DNA of 63,523 bases, counting the filler, from Folioceros fuciformis (Eukaryota), in the NCBI GenBank assembly GCA_049999805.1. It is 17 parts of 17 records of this genome, joined end to end, with 100 filler letters (N's around TTAATTAATTAA, not from the genome) between each part and the next. Parts side by side here need not be neighbours in the genome. Positions count along the whole stretch, not along the records: positions 36,378 to 43,646 come from JBNGIO010003293.1; positions 43,747 to 47,869 come from JBNGIO010003294.1; positions 47,970 to 49,029 come from JBNGIO010003295.1; positions 49,130 to 50,233 come from JBNGIO010003296.1; 13 more parts are not named here. One strand, given 5' to 3'. Below are positions 36,378 to 49,136 of the stretch, piece by piece. Position 1 is the stretch's first letter, and each line of letters begins with the position of its first letter. Below the pieces are notes generated by a model. It saw nothing but the letters and a program-made list of their open reading frames with translations. It made no database searches and was not told where the DNA came from. A program made the translations under genes and the position numbers.

Positions 36378-38709
36378 GCCCGGGTCGGACCCATGGCGGG
36401 CTGGCCTGGAGCGTGTGGCGGGCCGGCCTAGAGCGTGTTGCAGGCTGGCCTGGATTGGGTCTAGCAGGGATGGCTGGTCCGCAACCAAGCAACAGTAGGG
36501 CGGGGGCAGATCTAGCCAGCAAGATGGGTAGCTAGCTCCGAGCAGGCCGCCAGGAAGGCAACCTGGTCCTGCTGCAAGCAAGTAGCAGGCAGGCCAGTAA
36601 GCTAGTTGCCTGGACGGGATTGAGGCAGGCAGGAGGCAAGCTGGGGCGGCCCAGTCGCGACCAGATTATCGGCTGACGGCGACCATAGAGCTGGCTGGGA
36701 TCCAGGCTGCAGGTAGGCGCCGCCATCGGCCGGTTGCGGATGAGGTGGAGCGGACCCGGGCAGGCTGCGTGCTGGATCCAGCAGGTCGACTGGCTAGGTG
36801 GATTCGGGGAGGCGACCTGGCTGATTGGTGTACAGGCTAGCAGGCAAAACTAGGCAAGTAGCCCAGGCGGGGCAGTGGAGCTTGAAGCAGGCCAGCCAGG
36901 TTAGCGGCGGGTTGGCTGAATCATGGCCGAAGTAGCCGGGCTGGCAGGTGAAACAAGGCGGGGGCTGACTGGATCAAGGTGGACATGCAATCGCACATCA
37001 GGCTAGTGCAATCGAATCGGATCCAGGCACACTGGATTGCGGCAGGATAGTAGGCGGAGTTGATGGCCAGTAGTGAGGCGCCTGATTCGGGGTTGGACCG
37101 GTTCTGGCCAGGTGATTGGTGCTCAGAGACTCATGATGGGTGTGACTGTAGGGAGGATGGGGGTGCTAAGTGGCGGGGAGGAGGGATGGAGGCTCGTCGG
37201 CCTGTTCTCTCCTGAACGAAACCATTCACATCCTCGTGTCCGAGCCAAAATTGGAATCCAGTTTTGCTGGGCACTGGCAAGCGAAGGTGGCTCCAATAAA
37301 GGAACTAGCCAGGGGAAGTCTGGTGTGGGGGACTTCTGTTGCTGCGAGTTGGATGGGACGAAGAAGTTCGGGGAGCTGCTGGAAGGCTGATGGCTGTGGA
37401 GCGGATTGCTAGGATAATAGCTGGCTGACAAGGGGGAAACAAAGGAGGATGGCTGAGTGACTCTGCAAGGATGGCAGGCTGTCCTAACAATCTGAGGGAA
37501 TGGGGCATTCTTGCGCCTAACTACTGCCTGTCTATATGTGGCTCGTGGGAAGCAAGGTCATGAGAAACCACCTTGTGAACTCACGGCTCGAGGAGAAAGA
37601 GTGGTCAATTTTGAGGGTGTGATCACAGGACTTGCAGTATGAAGATCCATTTGAAGGAGGAGAAGGGAGTCTTGAGGGGCACGGTTGATTTTTGGTAGTT
37701 TTGAGAGGATAGGGGCAACCAACCAATGGTGTCAAAGGGACACAACCCCTCTTAGGTCAGAGTTAGGATTAGGTCGGGTTTAGGATTAGGTTGGGGTTAG
37801 GATTAGGTTGTAGGATTAGGTCAGGATTAAGGTTAGGTTAGAATTAGGGCTAGCTTTAGGTCATAGTTAGGTCTAGGTCAAAGTTAGGGGCGGCTTAGGT
37901 CAGAATTAGGGATAGGTTAGGTCAGAGAGAGAGAGTGTGGGTAGTGGACTGAGGCTAACCCTAGTAGACAAAGATGGGGTCTTGGGCTAGGGTAGTTTAA
38001 GAGGCCAGACCTGCCATTGAGGAGGGGGTGGTCTTACGGTGTGATTTCCCTTGACCTTGCGTGCAGGCTACCGGATTAGAGTGGCTGATCCGGTGTGAGT
38101 CTAACCAAGGGCTTGATCCCCCTTGCCATTAGGGGGACGTGGTGGATCCCTAGACTACTAGATTTGTGTGGCCGGATCTGCAATGGCTGATCATTTTGCA
38201 GGTCGGTTAAGGTGAAGTGGCAGGGCTATGAGCCAAGGAGGCTATCTAGCCCTAGTTCTCATACCTCTACCTTGAAGACTGCAAGGGGAAAAGTTGTTGT
38301 GTCCTAAATTCCAAGTTGAGCTGCACATTTTGGGAGTAGAAGATGAAGTGAAGTGCTGGAGTGAGTTGAGAAGAAGTGTTGAAGTGATAGAGCGAGTTGA
38401 AGAGAAGTGTTAAAGTGCCAAAGTGAGTTAAAGAGAAGTGCTGAAGTGTGAAGTGAAGGGCTGAATTGTTGGGGCGTGGAATTGGGGGGGCTGAGCCGAA
38501 GACAAGCTAGGGATTCTAACCTAGGGATTCTAACCTATTTGCTGTAGCGTGGGTAGGGCTAGAAACCGGCTGATAAATAGGGTGAGATTAGGGAACTATA
38601 AGTAACTTTGACACTAGTTCACTCCCTTGGGAGCGAATCATAAGACTGCAATGATAATAAGGGGAAGTGTGGCCCCTTGGTGGTTCTTGGGTGTAAGAAT
38701 CACTCCATA
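36378..38709 (-). mobile_element. Family A long LTR-like unit, 5' 2.3 kb
   Basis: Minus-strand start TATGGAGTGATTCTTACACCCAAG (compare TGTGGAGTGA at 63406); collinear with 12900-14090; TTAGG-rich tract at 37750-37925; GC-rich mosaic at 36378-37100. Confidence 0.75.
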
Positions 38710-39870
38710 GTGGCTGAGCTTGCTTCTAGGAGAGGAGTATGAGCAGTGGGAAAGATAGAGAAGAGGTGGGAAGGAGTGGGATCAACAGCCGGAACCTGGC
38801 CTGAAAACGGCAGGTTATTCAATAGAATCAGCTTCTAGTCAAAGTGGTTCCTCGGCCATGGAAGAATGACCCCGGGGTGCTGGAATAGGCCTCGATCTAG
38901 GAGAGAAAGAAAGCACGTGAAATAGAGTTGAGTTGGAATTTATGGAATTAAATCCAAAAAAATAAGAATGAAAATAGAAAAGAGGAAATTAAGAAAATAA
39001 AAAGAAAGAAATTCAGAAATACATATATGTTATAAGTATCAATACAATATAAAATATGGATGCCAACAAATGAGAAGGGGAGTATGTAGAGGAAAAAAAC
39101 TTTCGGGATTCCCATTTTGAAGAACAGAATGAACAAGGTGTGTTTTTTTTCGTGAAGATACGAATGGATCGGCTTAGTATGGAAATAATACTTGGGTATT
39201 TATACCCAAAAGGCTCCTTGGCCCGTGGTGATTTGATAGGATTGGGTGACAGTACTAAGGAGAAGTGTGGGCTAGGGTGTCCTTGGCTCTTGGTGGTGCA
39301 GGGGCACTCAGGTGTCTATATATGTACCCCCCCCCTGGAAAAAAAGAAACAGGAAATGAGGTAGGGGCTTAGGTAGTTGTGGACTTAGGCGAAAAACCGG
39401 AGTGTGATGACTGGGGGATAGTAGCTGGTCAAGCAACCGTTGTGGAAGGGAAACCGGCAGTAGCCCAACTGGCGGTAGTGGAACGGGAACGGCAGCATAA
39501 AACCCTAGGGTGAATCAGGGGAGGACCTGGGCAGTAATCGAGGTAGAAACTTTCGCGAGTTGGACCAGGAGCGGGAGTAGCCGCAAAGCGTGCCGGCGGC
39601 CGGAGGGGCTACCGGTAGTCGAATGGCCACATCGGTAGTCGGGGGGGCTACCGGTGGGGGAGGTACGGCGCCGGTAGCTGAAGTCACGACCCTGGTAGTC
39701 GAAGCAGTAAGGGCAGAGGCGCCTGTGCCTAGGCGTTCCGGGAGGGTGACTTGCACCAAGTGGACTGAGCTAGGGGAAGCAGTAGCAGCTGGAGGAATGA
39801 AGGACTCTCAGGTACCCCAGGAGAGCAGGGGTCAGGCAGCCCAAGGGAGGAAGGGGTAAGCACCTCCCTT

Positions 39871-40341
39871 ATGACAGAGGGTCAGGTTATGCTGCAGTAT
39901 GAGGAGGAGGCTTCTTATGTGCTAGGCCTCTATGTGAAGGGAGCCCGAGTTCTGAAGCTGTTTTTGTATGTACGTATGGGCACAAGAGGGACACGGGGCT
40001 ATGCCCTACAACTGAAGACCCGCAGGGGCATCTACTACTACCGCTGGCGGGTATGGGGGCTGCCCCACTGCTATTCTGACGCAGTCTTGGAGGAACTGAC
40101 GGAGGAGGAGGCGCAGCGGTGGGTTGAACGGGAGCCTGTCCTCATCCTTAGTAATCGGCAATGGAGGGAGGAGAGGAATTTCCTGCAATGGGACCCACCT
40201 GTGCCACCACCAGCGAGGGCCAGTAGTAGCAACAGTGAGATGGAGGTCCTGTGGGAGAACTTGCCTGACCAGCGGCAGGGCAGGAGGGCCAGAGGCGGAC
40301 CAGTAGGGGGAGGAGCGCGACGGCCAGGAGGAAGGCGCTAG
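39871..40341 (+). CDS. Orphan ORF, 156 aa, unknown function
   Basis: Uninterrupted ATG-TAG ORF with a non-repetitive, protein-like core; no family recognised. Confidence 0.25.
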   Translation: MTEGQVMLQYEEEASYVLGLYVKGARVLKLFLYVRMGTRGTRGYALQLKTRRGIYYYRWRVWGLPHCYSDAVLEELTEEEAQRWVEREPVLILSNRQWREERNFLQWDPPVPPPARASSSNSEMEVLWENLPDQRQGRRARGGPVGGGARRPGGRR

Positions 40342-40711
40342 CGGCAAAGAGGGAGGCGTTAGTAATTACAATCTAAACTAGTTTTTTTTTAGATTGTTTT
40401 TGCTTGGACCTAAGCTGCTCTGAATTTAAGAGCGCTGACTGACTCCTGACAGACTTTATGGCGCAAAGACCGCCACTACCATGTACAAGAGGCCAGTTTG
40501 AGGCCTCGGAAAAATTAGTAAGAAACCAGCTAGACATTCCGACCTTGTGGAAGCCTAGCGATGGCCGTTGTTGGATAGGAGGTCCAGGCAAGCGAGCGCA
40601 CGTAGCGTTCTGAAGGTGTGGGTGCAGGTGGTGGATGCTCCTAATCAGAAACCAGGAATGAATCGGGAGGAGGGACCTCACCGAGTGGGAGACAAACTCC
40701 CTAGCTATTCC

Positions 40712-43366
40712 TGTGACGGTTGCATGGAGTGGTAAAGGTGCTGGAGGTCGGAGTGGAAGTGGATACCTGTGGGCTCCACATGCTGAACAGGTCCCTGGAA
40801 AATGGTAGGATTTCTTTTTTTGGACACTTTGAGTGAATCCTGTAGTGAAATGGTTAGAAAATTAGGTTAGATTAGTAGCTAGATTAAGGGTGAGTCGATA
40901 GGGTCGAGGTGGGTGTGTGGTAGATAGACCCGGGCTCCAGTTCCTCATGATAAGGTAATAGAGGACCAAGCACCCTATAACGGGCCATGGGAGGTGAGCC
41001 GGGGCTCTCTCCGGCTGATGCTGGTGGAAGTGGGATACAGGGATAGAGGTGCCTGTGACCGAGGGTCTGAGAGTAGGAGGTCACGCAGGGAGGGCCTAAG
41101 GTTGTGGGAGCATCAGAGTCGGGAAAAGCTAGCCAGCCAGATGGCTAGGTCAGGGGGAGCATCGACTCAGGGTAAGTATGCTGGAGGGTAGCCGGATGAG
41201 GAATGGGCCGGCTGTTCGGCTAGCCACACTAATCGGTTGACTTGACCTGGGCGAGACCGGGCAGTGGCGGTTGAGGCAGAAGGTATAGCAAACCGACTGG
41301 TCGATCTGGCTAGGCTAGTTGGTGGATCGACGGCGGGAGGGGAGCTAGATGGGTGCAGCCGGCCGGCAGGGAGCTTTGGCCGGCGAGGCAATCAACCAGG
41401 TGAGTTGCTGGAGCACTGGCGGGAGTCGGACTCGGCAGCCGGATTGGACGTGCTAGTTGGCAGGGCCGATGGCCGGGTCTTGGCTGACAGGAACAAAAAG
41501 GCTGGTAGCTCACCACAGGGAGCCTGACCGGATCGGTAGGCCGCTCAAGCTAGGCGGCCTGGAGGAAATCTATCAGGCTGTACGCAGGCGGCCAGCAGCA
41601 TAGGCAGGTGGCGATCAGATTGCGAGCACCAGCTTATGTGGGCCAATCGGAAGGAGGATGGCTACCAGGTTTGGGGGGCTCTCGGCAGGATCTAGCCAAC
41701 CTGCTACATCTGGCCGGCTGGGCGGCCAGCAACAGCAGGGCGTCGGACTAGATGGATCGGGGGCCAGCAGCAGCCTGACGGAGGACTTGGAGTAGGATCG
41801 GAGCCGAGATGAGCGCTGGCTCCAGGGGGCGAGTTCGGCTGGGCGGCATGGCTGGTCCTGGTTGGGCACAGTGACCTGGTTGGCCACCTTAGGTAGTCGA
41901 TCGCCCGGCCCTCAAACAGCCAGGATGGGCCGGGATGGCAAGCACCTGGGGCCAGAGGATCTAGAAGCCAGGCCAAACCACAGGAGCAGATTGAGCCGGA
42001 AGGTAGAAGAGAGGGCTGCTGAGGAGGATCGGCAAGCGGGGCTGGCCGGGCAAGTTTGCTGGCGTCCCGGGCAGCCCAGTTGATCGAGACAGAAGACCGG
42101 TCAAGGCTGGCTCAGCAGGGGTCGGCTGCTCAGCAGCAGCCGGGATCAGCGAAGGCGGGCTGGCTAGAGCTAGATAGGCGGATGTTTAGGGTTTAGGCTG
42201 CCCGACTAGTCGGCCTAGTGAGCTGCAAGTAGGCCGGCCAAGGGCTGGGTCGAAGCAGGTCGGCGCAGCCAGTTCGGCCTGGCTGCTCAGCCATCCGGGC
42301 TAGCGGGATGCAAGCTCTAGGCAGCCAGGCTTACGGGCTACCTGCAAGCTGGGGAGTAGCCTGGCCAGGTAGGCAATTGGACTGATGGGAGGCGGTCTTG
42401 CAGGTCCAGGCTTTAGGCCGGTTGGTGGATCCAGCTGGGCTGGACAATAGACCAGGCTGGAGCTTAGAATAGGCCGGGGAGGCTGGGGGTTTGGCTGGCT
42501 GGCCAGGTTTGGACCAGCAGCCCGACGACCAGGAGCGGCCGGGCTGGCCGGAGCTGGATGAATTGGGAGTCCGCAGAGGCAGAGCAGCCAAGCTAAGTCC
42601 GGACAAAAGTCAGAAGAAAGGTGACGGGCTGCTGAGGAGTCTCGACAACCGTGAGCATGGGACGGATGCATGCGGGCTGGGTAGAATCCAGGCAACAGCC
42701 GCCTAGCTGTCATAACCAGGCAGTCAATGGCCCGCTGATGGCGTGGTAGGATCCGGAAGCCAGGTAGTGAGGTGCCTAGCTGGATCGAGAGGTTAGGGCC
42801 TCGGGCCTGTCGATCGGGCAGGGCTTGGTGACTGAGGATGTCCTGGCGGGTATGACCGTAGGTGGAGGGCCAGCAGACTGGCCCGCCAGCAGCCAGGCAC
42901 CATGGAGGGGGTCGGCTGGTCGATCCAGAAGGCTGGCTGGTTGGCTGGCCGGGTTGGCTAGCGGGCCAGGTGACAAACGGATTCAGCCGCCAACGCTAGG
43001 CTAGGACGGGCTGATCGGGCGGCTTGGCTGGTCACAGTTGGGAGCAGAGCAGCGAGGTCGGAGCCAGAAGCAGGCCTGGCAGGCAGCTGACAGACAGGAC
43101 TTGGTGGCACATACCGATGGGCAGGCCAGGCCAGAGGCAGCACTGAAGCCTGGCCGACGTGGATGAGGTTGGTTGCAAGGCCGATGCGTCAGGATCAGCT
43201 TCGGGGCTATGGCAATCAGGATGCAAGGCAAGCCGGCTTGAAGGCACCTGGACTGATCAGCAGCAGGTCGGCGGGGCCAGCAAGCTGGCTGGATCATGGC
43301 CAGGCCAACCCGGCGGGGAACAAGGTGCTGCCTCGCAATATGGGGAGGCTGACGAAACCCGGCAGG
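40712..43366 (-). mobile_element. Family A long LTR-like unit, distal 2.6 kb
   Basis: 40770-40900 resembles 9610-9750; GC-rich mosaic 41100-43366; candidate terminus ...CCGTCACA on the minus strand at 40712. Confidence 0.55.
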
Positions 43367-43646
43367 TGTGGAATGGAACTTGCACCCAAGAACCTCCAAG
43401 GGCCACGCTTTCCCCTTATCATCGTCGTAGTACTAGGATTCGCTCCCAAGGGAGTGAACTAGTGTCAAGGTTCCCCACAATCTCCCCCTCACTGCCCAAA
43501 TCTAACCCTATCTATCAGCCGGCTCCTAGACCTAACCACACTATAGCAAAAAGATCAGAACCCTGTCTTCAACACCAACCACAGCCCCAGTTGAATGAGG
43601 ACTCAGCATCATCTTCAGCTCCCACTTCCAGCTACGGGTATCAGCC
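43367..43646 (+). mobile_element. Family A LTR 5' end nested in another family A copy
   Basis: TGTGGAATGGAACTTGCACCCAAGAACC..., reverse complement of 13815-14085. Confidence 0.8.
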
Positions 43647-43746
43647 NNNNNNNNNNNNNNNNNNNNNNNNNNNNNNNNNNNNNNNNNNNNTTAATTAATT
43701 AANNNNNNNNNNNNNNNNNNNNNNNNNNNNNNNNNNNNNNNNNNNN

Positions 43747-43894
43747 GGCCCATACCCCTAAAGAGCACCTCTTAGAAACCCTAGGCCCATACCCCTAAAG
43801 AGCACCTCTTAGAAACCCTAGGCCCATACCCCTAAAGAGCACCTCTTAGAAACCCTAGGCCCATACCCCTAAAGAGCACCTCTTAGAAACCCTA
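43747..43894. repeat. Perfect 37-bp tandem repeat x4
   Basis: GGCCCATACCCCTAAAGAGCACCTCTTAGAAACCCTA repeated four times. Confidence 0.95.
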
Positions 43895-44109
43895 GGCTCG
43901 TAGCCGCACAATGGCGTAGCAAAGTTGCACACACACCTATGCCATACCACTACCCTACGCTCCACATTCATCACCACCGCCCTACTCTCCATCACACCTA
44001 TGCCATACCACCACCCTACGCTCCACATTCATCACCACCGCCCTACTCTCCATCACCACTGCCCTACGCTCACCATCGCCGCACGCTCACCTATGGAAGA
44101 AGTAGGGAC

Positions 44110-44491
44110 GGTGTGTGTGGTGTAAGAGGGTATGATTGAGCAATATGATTGAGTGGTGCGAGAGTGATAAGAATGATGTAGGAGTAGTATGATTGTGTGG
44201 TGTAAGAGTAATATGATTTAACAGTATGATTGAGAAATATGGAGTTATACGACTAAGTGGTGTAGGGGCTATATGATTATGTAGTGTAAGAGCAATATGA
44301 TTGAGCGATATAGAAGTTATATGAGTGAGTGGTGTAGAAGTGATATGACTGAGTGGTGTAAGAGTGATATGATTGAGTGGTGTAGGAGTGATATGATTGA
44401 GTGGTGTAGGAGTCATATGATTGAGTGGTGTAGGAGTGATATGACTCAGTGGTGTATGAGTTATATGATTTGATGTAGGAGCAATGTAAGA
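44110..44491. repeat. Degenerate 24-bp minisatellite
   Basis: TGAGTGGTGTAGGAGTGATATGAT units. Confidence 0.85.
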
Positions 44492-44790
44492 GTGAAACAA
44501 AGCGCCAGGGAGTGGTATAAGTGCATAGATAAGTATCTGAAATCGATAGGGTTTGTACAAAATCCTGGAGATGCAAATGTGTACATTTACCTTAAAGATG
44601 GGCATCTTGTCATCCTGGCTCCATATGTCGATGATGCCATCCTTGCGTCAAATAGTCCTGAGCTGTTAGAATGGGTCAAAGGAATGTTACACAAGCAGTT
44701 CGACATGAAGGATATAGGACAGCTTACCTTCGTGCTTGGTGTACAGCTGGTGAGAAACAGGGCAGATAGATCTATAGTCCTGCATCAAAC
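44492..44790 (+). pseudogene. copia RT fragment (KQS...YVDD...LHQT)
   Basis: KQSAREWY...HLVILAPYVDDAIL...FDMKDIGQL. Confidence 0.85.
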
Positions 44791-45549
44791 TAACACCAAA
44801 AACACCCCTATTCAAGCAAAAAGGATCCTCACCTGTATGGTCCAGAAGATCTTGAGGAATAGTGTCATGAAGTTTGGGGTAAAACAGCATAAAGTGCAGT
44901 AATGATGTCCTCAGTTGTAGATGCTGCCTCCTCCGAATGAGTGCTCTAGCAGCCCTAGCATATTCACCATCTTTGCCCAACATGGGACACTGCTTAAGAT
45001 GTGTTTTATGGGTCATGCAAACCTTGTCAACCTTAGCTCACTCTAATCAAGATTTTGCTACCAGTAGATTAATCTCCAAAAACGATAAAATCAGGAGGCC
45101 ACCTCCTTATGACTGGAAGAACCACCCCTAGAGCTTTGAACACACTACTTAGGGAGGAAAGGAACAAAGTCAAGGCATCCTGATCCCTCAAGTCTAGAGC
45201 AAGGTGATCTAAGGAAAGACAATAAGGAAGACAAATATCATCATGTAGGCGCCTAGGGAGAGGTCGGAGGAGTAAGGACATGGAAAACAAGCATGGAAAA
45301 GAGCCAACAATTGATTAGATTGCCCTCAAAGCCACAACCAAGCCTTCGGGGGTGGCCCTTGGGGATCCATTGGACGAGGATTGGCAGCTGGTTCAAAAGA
45401 AGAAGCAAGTCGCACTTGTGCCACGCAAGTGGTCCTGTTACAGCCCTTATGCTTGTAACCAATGTGGCATTTCCCCCCTTTGACCTCAAAACAAAGTTGA
45501 GAGCATATTGGGAAAGGGATGTCCTTGATAAGCAAAGGTTGGGTGTTAC

Positions 45550-47424
45550 GCTGTAGAGAGTTTTCTTAAGACGACACACCCAATCAAGGTGCTCAGGGTC
45601 AACGAAGCCTTCTGGCTGCTCCATGTATATGTCTTCCTCTAGTTCCCCATACAGGAACGCAGTACAAACGTCCATCTGTTGCAGATCCCAATCATTGGCA
45701 GCTGCAAGGGCAATGATCATCCTAATTGACTAAGTTTTCAAAACTGGACTGAAGGTCTCGATAAAGTCCACACCAGGAATCTATGAGAAGCCTCTCGCTA
45801 CAAGTCTTGATTTATAGCGTGCGATTTCACCATCTGCATTTAGCTTGTGTTTAAATACCCACTTGCAACTTATAGTTTTCCTGCCAACAGGTAGAGGACA
45901 GAGTTCCCACGTATCATTCTTCATGAGTGACTGGTACTCATCCTGGATAGATGGGATCCAGTGATGTTTGTCACTTCCTGTTACTGCTTGCTGGTATGTT
46001 TTTGGTTCAGCTTTAACAGAACTGTCTGCTTTGGTGGCAGGTGTTGCCCTGTGACGGCGAAAGTCTATGGATTCATATGGAGTCTCCTTCCACTGATCTC
46101 GAGGTGGCCTGTGTCTCCTAGGATACCTAGTTTCTGGTTTCATGGGTCGAGGCTCCTTTAAATTCTGTGGACCAGGTTCATCTTCAAAGAAATCATCAAG
46201 ATTGTCAGGGAGGTTGACTCCATTTTCAATATCTACATCTGAATCGGCATTTCCTGGTTGTGCTTGTGCAACATCAGCAGCCTGCAGTTGCTGTGCTGCC
46301 ACCTGCGGCTGTTGTGCAACTTGCTGTGGTTGCTGTTGTGCAACTTGCGGAGCAGCGTGTACAGGCTGTGGTTGCTGCTGTGCAACTTGCTGTACTGGCG
46401 GATTTTGAACTGGAATATTTATCTGCTGAGCCTGAATTTCGCCCCCATCAGGTGTAGATGTTGAATCATCTTGAGGGTATTCAACTGGTACTTCATCCAG
46501 GTTGTCAGAAGCTGTAAGGGCAAGGGGCTCACCTATTTGTGAATGTGCAGGTAAGAGCAACTCCTTGAAGGTGACACTGCGTGCATACGTAAGTGTATTT
46601 GAAGATGGGTCATAAAGCTTGTAGGCTTTGGCCTCTTCGCCATAGCCGACAAAAATAAGAGAACGAGCTCTGGCCTCCAGTTTTCGTCGTTTGGCTTCAG
46701 GTATGAACGCATATGCAGGAGACCTGAACACTCTCAAATGTAAGAGACTTGGTTTCTTTCGCCAAATCACCTCAAACGGTGTTTTGTCGGGTACTGCACT
46801 TGTCAAAATTCTGTTAAGAATGTATGTTGCAGTCACTACTGCTTCTGCCCAGTAGGCCTTGCTGAAGCCTGCCCACTCTAACATACTTCTTGTCATGCCA
46901 AGCAGGGTCTGATTACGACGCTCTGCCATACCGTTTTGTTGTTGTGTGTAAGGCACAATGAGTTGTCGAACAATACCATGTTCAGCAAGAAGTTGATCAA
47001 ACTCAGTATTCACAAATTCAGATCCGTTGTCAGAACGGAGACATTTCAACAGCTGGCCTATTTGCCTTTCGGCCATAAGCAACCATTCACTGAAAAAGGT
47101 AAGTGTGTCAGATTTCCTGTGAAGAGGGTAGGTCCAAGAGTACCGGCTATAGTCATCTGTGATTGTGAGATAATATAAGGCTCCTCCCAATGATGGCACA
47201 TGTATTTTACCAGAAATATTAGCATGCACGAGCTCTAAGGGTTGGGATGCCCTGTGGGCAACCTGCTTTGGAAAAGGAAGTTCCTTTTGCTTTGATATGA
47301 TGCAGGCGTCACATAAGGGCAAATCCTTGAAGCATTTGGGAAGGAGGTCCCTATAGCATGTCATTTGTGACATTTTGATTAACTTATCTTTGTTTGCATG
47401 CCCCAAACGGGCATGCCACAAACT
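45550..47424 (-). pseudogene. copia INT-RT fragment
   Basis: WHARLGH, ITDDYSRY, RSDNGSEF, AERRN, Gln-rich linker, YKSRLVARGFS*, QMDVCTAFL, CRLKKTLY. Confidence 0.92.
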
Positions 47425-47440
47425 TGTTAAGCATAATTAA

Positions 47441-47823
47441 TGTTGAGATTAATTAGTGCTAATCCAGCTGATTGAGTTTGTACTAATTAGTGGTAAGAGT
47501 GATTAAGGTTATGATTAATATATAAATATAGCTTATTAGACTTTGCTATGTTAGGCAAAAAAGTATTGTAGGGTTTGGGGTCATTTATCCCATATTGGGC
47601 ACGAAATGAGAGTGCCACCCATAGGTCCATAAAAGAAGGGATGAACCCACTTAGTATCAGTAGTCTAACTCCCTCTTCACTTGTATTGTGTTGTTTTTGT
47701 AATTCTCCTTTTTATTTGAGTTTAAGAGCCTCGTTATAGTGCTCTTATTTTTGGGATTCTGCATCTTGCTTCAACTAACTTGTTTTAACCTCCTTTGAGC
47801 ATGGTGGGGGTGACATCTCAACA
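47441..47823 (+). mobile_element. LTR-like segment
   Basis: 9-bp terminal inverted repeat TGTTGAGAT...ATCTCAACA; no TSD or PBS found. Confidence 0.45.
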
Positions 47824-48319
47824 CAAGGACTCGATCTTGGTGAAGACGAAGACATTGGCGTTTGCAAAGNNNNNNNNNNNNNNNNNNNNNNNNNNNNNNN
47901 NNNNNNNNNNNNNTTAATTAATTAANNNNNNNNNNNNNNNNNNNNNNNNNNNNNNNNNNNNNNNNNNNNAGCTGCCACTCCCAGCCTGCTATTTGCCATC
48001 GCTGTTTAGTTGTAAACGCGCTATATCTTTGGTGACGGCCAGCCATCTGGGCTATGGAGCCGGGCATGTTTGCGACGTCACTCAGCCAACTAGCGTGCTC
48101 CGTTTACGGGGGCGTGTTAGAAGAGAACCCCGTTATGGTTCTTGTATAAACGTAGCAGCTTATTAGCTGATAGTTATTTATACCTAGGTTAATTTGAATA
48201 GACATGACTCTTGGACAGTTTTTGATATATAAGACACACTTTGTATGTTCATGACAACATAACTCACTTTGTTTCAAGCACCTGCGTGCATGAGTACATC
48301 TGATTTAGAAACACCATCT

Positions 48320-49029
48320 TAGAGGAGCAGGATCTTCTGGACATAGTCTTGGGAACGAACGTGAAGCCACCAGTAGGTTCCCCACCAGCGGACATTGAGG
48401 CCTAGGTCAAGGGTGACTGCCGAGCACAGAGCATCCTTGTAGCAGGACTTGACAAAAATATGTTGCACCATGTGCAAGGACTGGACACAGCTGCTGAGAT
48501 GTGGTCCACCTTTGATCAGATGTTCTAGACAAAGAACTCTGCATCCATGGTTAACTCTACACGAGCCTTTTGGCACCTCAAAATGAAGGAAAGTGAGCCA
48601 ATTGAGGCTCACCTCAATAAGTTCCGAGCACTTCGAGCTCGTCTTGCTGCATGTGGCACTAAGCTAGACGAAACCCAGGCTGCAATAGCTCTTCTTATGT
48701 CACTACCTTCCAACTACCGTACATTTGTCTCCTCACAGAATAACAATATGCGGGCTGCTGGTGGAGGTAACCTGACAGAGGTCATCGGTGCACTGCTAGA
48801 AGAAGAAGCAACTAGACATGGCAGTCGCCATGATGGCAGGCATGATGGTGCAAGCAACTCAAGCAGGGTGTTGTATTCATCTAAAGGAAAAGGACCCTGC
48901 TCGTCAAATAGCAGGCAAGGGGGAAGACGTACCTCAATGTCAAAACCCTACAGCTCCAAGAAGAAGGGAGCTTGCAACTGGTGCAAGATCCCGGGGCACT
49001 TCGAGAAAGAATGTCGGAAAAAGGCTGCA
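48320..49029 (+). pseudogene. copia gag fragment, preceded by a PPT + short LTR (about 48115-48313) of another element
   Basis: LKMKESEPIEAHL, LLMSLPSNYRTFV, CNWCKIPGHFEKEC; GGGGGCG-TGTTAG at 48108-48120. Confidence 0.8.
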
Positions 49030-49136
49030 NNNNNNNNNNNNNNNNNNNNNNNNNNNNNNNNNNNNNNNNNNNNTTAATTAATTAANNNNNNNNNNNNNNN
49101 NNNNNNNNNNNNNNNNNNNNNNNNNNNNNTTCACAG

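Noticed and set aside
44087-44605. His/Thr/Pro-repeat ORFs
   Set aside because: Translations of the 24-bp minisatellite.
46142-46464. Cys-rich ORF resembling a metallothionein or keratin-associated protein
   Set aside because: Antisense shadow of the Gln-rich linker in the copia pol.
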